Below are positions 60,301 through 64,000 of a stretch of 64,000 bases of DNA, in pieces. The position numbers and the translations under genes were made by a program. The notes below the pieces were generated by a model that saw only the letters and a list, made by a program, of their open reading frames with translations, was not told where the DNA came from and searched no databases. Each line of letters opens with the position of its first letter. The stretch's first letter is position 1. The DNA comes from an uncultured Verrucomicrobiae bacterium (lineage in GTDB: Bacteria > Verrucomicrobiota > Verrucomicrobiia > Chthoniobacterales > UBA10450): contig CAVTMK010000003.1 of assembly GCA_963735805.1 (NCBI GenBank), positions 416,001 through 480,000 on the forward strand, written 5' to 3'.

Positions 60301-62097
60301 ATGAATTCAATCTTGCCGTGGATCATCCTGCTTGGGCCGCTTATTAGCGCGGTTTTTATTACTCTCTTCACGCTCCGATGGAAAACGGTCAGCGCCTTTA
60401 TCTCGGTGGCGGCGGTGCTCGTGAGTTTCGCATGCAGTTGTTTGATCTTTACGAAGTCCGGTATTGCCACAGCGGAGTTCCCCTGGATTAATGTTAGCGG
60501 CGCTCTCAAGGTGCCGCTCGGCTTTACGCTGGATCAATTAAGCAGAACGATGCTGGTTCTGGTTTCTGGAGTCGGAGCAACGATCCATATCTATTCGCTG
60601 GGTTACATGCGGGATGACGAAGGCAAGTCCCGTTATTTCGCCGCGCTTTCGCTCTTCATGTTCGCGATGCTCGGGATCGTTCTGGCAAACAATTTCGTCA
60701 TGCTCTTCATTTTTTGGGAGCTGGTCGGTTTTACTTCTTATATCCTGATCGGCCATTGGTTCTTTCGTGACGCGGCTGCAGATGCTGCCAATAAGGCATT
60801 CATTACCACGCGCATCGGTGATTTCGGATTCATGATTGGGATCCTAATGGTTTGGATGGCGACCGGCTCAGTCGTTTTCGCCGAAATCGCACCGCGCATG
60901 TCGGTCCCCGCAAGCCATCCGACATTTGTGACGGTCGCTGCGCTTTTAATCTTTTGCGGGGCAGTTGGGAAGTCAGCGCAGTTTCCGCTACATGTTTGGT
61001 TGCCGGACGCGATGGAAGGTCCGACGCCGATTTCTGCATTGATTCACGCCGCGACGATGGTCGCCGCCGGTGTTTACATGCTGGTTCGTGTCGCGTTCGT
61101 CATCCAAGCGTCCCAGACGGCGCTTCTCATTGTAGCATGGATAGGCACTATCACCGCCGTGATGGCCGCGTTCATTGCAACACAGCAAAACGACATCAAA
61201 CGCATTCTCGCCTACTCAACGCTCTCGCAACTTGGTTACATGGTGATGGCTGTCGGCCTTGCCTCGAACGACGCGGCCATGTTTCACCTGTTTACCCACG
61301 CCTTTTTCAAGGCGCTTCTCTTCCTTGGCGCCGGCTCAGTGATCGTGATGCTTCATCACGAGCAGAATATCTGGCGGATGGGAGGGCTTTCGCGAAAACT
61401 TCCAATTACATTTACCACTTTCGCTGTTGGCGCATTGGCGTTGATCGGCTGTCCACCATTCAGCGGATTCTTCAGCAAGGACGCAATCCTCGCACTCGCT
61501 TACGAACGTAACACGCCGATTTTTATCCTGGGATTGTTCACAGCGTTTCTAACGGCCTTTTACGTTGTGCGGCTGCTGGTCATTGTCTTCTTTGGTGACA
61601 ACCGCAGCGAGGTTGCACGACAAGGCAAGGAATCACCGCTCGTGATGACGGGACCACTCATTGTGCTCGCAGTTCTCGCTGCGCTGGGTGGGTTTGGATT
61701 TTTCGCGCGAAACTTTCTCACGCTTCCTATAGAAAAGGAACCTGGATTCTTCGTTCCCGCTCTTGCGTTCGGCGCACTGATCGTGGGAAGCGGACTGGCA
61801 ATTGCCATTTATCGTAATCGAACCAGCGAACCAATCGATGTCGAGGTTCTGCGTCATAAGTTTTATTTCGACGAATTTTACGCCTGGCTGATCACTTGGA
61901 CACAAGGACTGCTCGCGCACATCTCGGCTTTCATCGATCGATGGATCATTGACACCGGTGCAGTCGATGGCGCTAGCCGCGGAACATGGGGAGTCGGAGC
62001 GTTGCTCCGGTTAATCCAGGTAGGGAATCTGCAAGCGTACGCGTTCCTATTCGGCTTAGGCGTGGTTGCCGTCATTTATTTCGCCGTTTTCCGCTAA
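60301..62097 (+). CDS. nuoL: NADH-quinone oxidoreductase subunit L
   Basis: FWELVG, GKSAQFPLHVWLPDAMEGPTP, AYSTLSQLG, HAFFKA; ATG at 60301. Confidence 0.95.
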   Translation: MNSILPWIILLGPLISAVFITLFTLRWKTVSAFISVAAVLVSFACSCLIFTKSGIATAEFPWINVSGALKVPLGFTLDQLSRTMLVLVSGVGATIHIYSLGYMRDDEGKSRYFAALSLFMFAMLGIVLANNFVMLFIFWELVGFTSYILIGHWFFRDAAADAANKAFITTRIGDFGFMIGILMVWMATGSVVFAEIAPRMSVPASHPTFVTVAALLIFCGAVGKSAQFPLHVWLPDAMEGPTPISALIHAATMVAAGVYMLVRVAFVIQASQTALLIVAWIGTITAVMAAFIATQQNDIKRILAYSTLSQLGYMVMAVGLASNDAAMFHLFTHAFFKALLFLGAGSVIVMLHHEQNIWRMGGLSRKLPITFTTFAVGALALIGCPPFSGFFSKDAILALAYERNTPIFILGLFTAFLTAFYVVRLLVIVFFGDNRSEVARQGKESPLVMTGPLIVLAVLAALGGFGFFARNFLTLPIEKEPGFFVPALAFGALIVGSGLAIAIYRNRTSEPIDVEVLRHKFYFDEFYAWLITWTQGLLAHISAFIDRWIIDTGAVDGASRGTWGVGALLRLIQVGNLQAYAFLFGLGVVAVIYFAVFR

Positions 62098-63716
62098 TGG
62101 TTCTGTTTATTATTTTTTGCCCGATTGTAACGGCCATGTTGATCATGGTCGGTGCGCCTGCGCGTAAGACTGCGCTTATAGCATCGGTTTTGACATTTGC
62201 GGCCGCGTTATTTCTCCTCGTCTCCTTTGATCGAGGCCGCGATGATTTTCATTACGTTACCTCGTTCACCATTTCTCCCGAGTGGCATTTGAGTTTCACG
62301 ACGGGAATCGATGGCTTGAGTCTCGTCATGGTGCTCCTGGCCGCGATTGTCACACTGGCTGCGGTTTGGTTCGCGGACACGGTCGAGAAATATGAAAATG
62401 CGTTCTATGCCTGTCTCCTGTTCATTTCAGGCGGCGCAATTGGCGCCTTTGCCTCAATCGATTTGTTTTTCTTTTACGCGTTTCATGAACTCGCGCTTAT
62501 TCCGACCTTCTTGTTAATCGGGATCTGGGGCAGCGGAAATCGTGTCGCGGCCGCCTGGAAAATCACAATCTATCTGGCAATTGGCAGTTTCATTTTGCTG
62601 TTGGGTTTGATTTTGCTTTATCAAAGCTTTCCTGTATCTGCGCGCAGCTTTGATATTCGCGCTCTGAAGGCTGCAGCCAACCTCGGTCAAATTACAGGCG
62701 AGGCACAATGTCATGTTTACTTGCTGCTGCTTATTGGTTTTGGAATTCTTATCTCGCTCTTCCCCTTTCACACCTGGGCGCCGGAAGCGTACGCTTCGGC
62801 TCCGGCGCCGGCGGCAATGCTGCATGCCGGAGTCTTGAAGAAATTTGGCTTGTACGGTTTTCTGCGCCTCGCTCTACCTCTATTACCCGAAGGGGCGCGT
62901 TACTGGACAGGTCTGCTTGTGGTCCTGCTTCTCGGAAACATCATCTACGTTGGTCTGGTCACGATCGCACAGAAGCGGCTCGACTGGATGTTGGGTTACT
63001 CGAGCGTGATGCACATGGGTTACATTTTTCTCGGTATCGCAAGTGCCACTATTCTCGCCACAACCGGCGCTTCTGTATTAATGTTTGCGCACGGTCTTTC
63101 GATCGCGCTCCTCTTCGCGCTTGCTGGAGAATTGCGAAAGCGCACAGGCACGTTGGTGTTCGATGAACTTGGCGGCCTTGGCAAGGTGATGCCTTTTGCC
63201 AGTCTCGCTTTTGGCTTCGGCGTATTCGCTGCGATCGGCCTCCCTGGTCTGGCGAACTTTGCCGGGGAAATCATGATCTTTTTTGGCGCGTTCAAGAACG
63301 GTTGGGAGATAGAACGCTTTCATATTTTTCAAGTCGCCACGGTGCTTGCGCTTTGGGGAGTCGTCATCTCGACGGTTTATATGCTCCGGGCTTATCGCAA
63401 AACATTCATGGGCACTCTGAGCGAACGGTGGCGAGAGATTGTCGATGTTCGATTCAGTCTCCGGGTTCCAATTGCAATTCTGGTTGGCACACTGCTTTGC
63501 TTCGGATTCTTCCCACAATCTTTTGTGCGAGTCGTAGCGCCGTCGCTCCGAAGTTACCCGTCCGTAAGTCAAACCGATCTCATAGATAGGCTGAACTGTA
63601 ACCACGGCAAAGCCTGCCCGCCGTGGCGGGCGTCGCCGTGCTTCAAGGAGCAAGACCGCACCAGCGCCCCGACGCAGCGAGGCGGCTACAGTATTCGGCA
63701 GATCGCCTACAGATGA
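62097..63716 (+). CDS. nuoM: NADH-quinone oxidoreductase subunit M with repeat-derived C-terminal extension
   Basis: GIDGLS, PFHTW, LKKFGLYG, YSSVMHMG, GLPGLANFAGE; ATG 62097 overlaps the nuoL stop. Confidence 0.93.
   Translation: MVLFIIFCPIVTAMLIMVGAPARKTALIASVLTFAAALFLLVSFDRGRDDFHYVTSFTISPEWHLSFTTGIDGLSLVMVLLAAIVTLAAVWFADTVEKYENAFYACLLFISGGAIGAFASIDLFFFYAFHELALIPTFLLIGIWGSGNRVAAAWKITIYLAIGSFILLLGLILLYQSFPVSARSFDIRALKAAANLGQITGEAQCHVYLLLLIGFGILISLFPFHTWAPEAYASAPAPAAMLHAGVLKKFGLYGFLRLALPLLPEGARYWTGLLVVLLLGNIIYVGLVTIAQKRLDWMLGYSSVMHMGYIFLGIASATILATTGASVLMFAHGLSIALLFALAGELRKRTGTLVFDELGGLGKVMPFASLAFGFGVFAAIGLPGLANFAGEIMIFFGAFKNGWEIERFHIFQVATVLALWGVVISTVYMLRAYRKTFMGTLSERWREIVDVRFSLRVPIAILVGTLLCFGFFPQSFVRVVAPSLRSYPSVSQTDLIDRLNCNHGKACPPWRASPCFKEQDRTSAPTQRGGYSIRQIAYR
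63597..63690. repeat. REP-like palindrome inside the nuoM 3' end
   Basis: tgtaaccacggc...cccgccgtggcggg...gcgaggcggctaca. Confidence 0.6.
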
Positions 63717-64000
63717 GTATGATTACCGCGCCGGAACTTGAGATCGCAGTGCTGGTGTTGGGGATGGTGATCCTCCTGGTTGAAGCGTTTGCCACCAAAA
63801 TCGATAAACGCGTCTTGGCATTCGTAGCGATTGCCGGTCTCGCGTTGGTTCTCGTAGCAAGCTTCTTCGTTTCTGCCGAGGCGTCCGCGAATCAAACGAC
63901 CGGTTTCTGGAGCTTCTATACTGCGGATCGCTTGTCGATCTTCTTCAAACAATTCTCGCTGCTAACCACAATCGTAGTGCTGATAATGATGACGGACTAC
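63713..64000 (+). CDS. nuoN: NADH-quinone oxidoreductase subunit N (3' truncated by window edge)
   Basis: MSMITAPELEIAVLVLGMVILL...DRLSIFFK; ATGA overlap with nuoM; expected position in the operon. Confidence 0.85.
   Translation, partial: MSMITAPELEIAVLVLGMVILLVEAFATKIDKRVLAFVAIAGLALVLVASFFVSAEASANQTTGFWSFYTADRLSIFFKQFSLLTTIVVLIMMTDY

Noticed and set aside
60112..62096. Extended N-termini of nuoL (60112) and nuoM (61986) in the ORF track
   Set aside because: They overlap upstream genes; ATGs at 60301 and 62097 give normal subunits

Overview
Bacterial chromosomal window of about 55% GC by eye. Gene content and style suggest a soil verrucomicrobium of the Chthoniobacterales / Ca. Udaeobacter type; this is inference and was not checked. 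Most of the window is housekeeping: the 3' part of gyrA, an ArfB-like factor, tRNA-Leu(TAA), liuB/liuC-like genes, an LMW-phosphatase-GlyA fusion, zwf-opcA, queA, cysE-iscS, prfB with its programmed +1 frameshift, eno-ftsB, an ABC exporter operon, ispD, fabD, and a nuoD-N operon with fused nuoEF. Two accessory blocks stand out. (1) 4.0-17.0 kb is a modular cell-wall-directed locus. It has three peptidoglycan-active enzymes with no visible signal peptide (RlpA-like + amidase, L,D-transpeptidase, atypical M23), two of them with long polycationic N-terminal tails. It also has two tandem Fam20C/Four-jointed-like atypical kinases, one 85-aa peptidoglycan-binding module reused in three genes, two lipoproteins that could be immunity proteins, a papain-like protease, a DUF900 hydrolase, a beta-propeller and a membrane-anchored LecA-like lectin protein. 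This is my best candidate for an undescribed system. (2) 21.4-27.2 kb holds four tandem signal-peptide-bearing Gly/Asn/Thr-repeat fibre proteins with C-terminal S74 auto-cleaving chaperones. Also present: TGTAG...CTACA REP-like palindromes, several inside or ending coding sequences; inverted short tandem repeat arrays; a 59-aa lipoprotein missing from the ORF track; and two apparent single-indel frameshifts (fabD and a GT9 heptosyltransferase). No CRISPR array, integrase, transposase, reverse transcriptase or rRNA was seen. All family calls come from motif recognition by eye; no database search was run.
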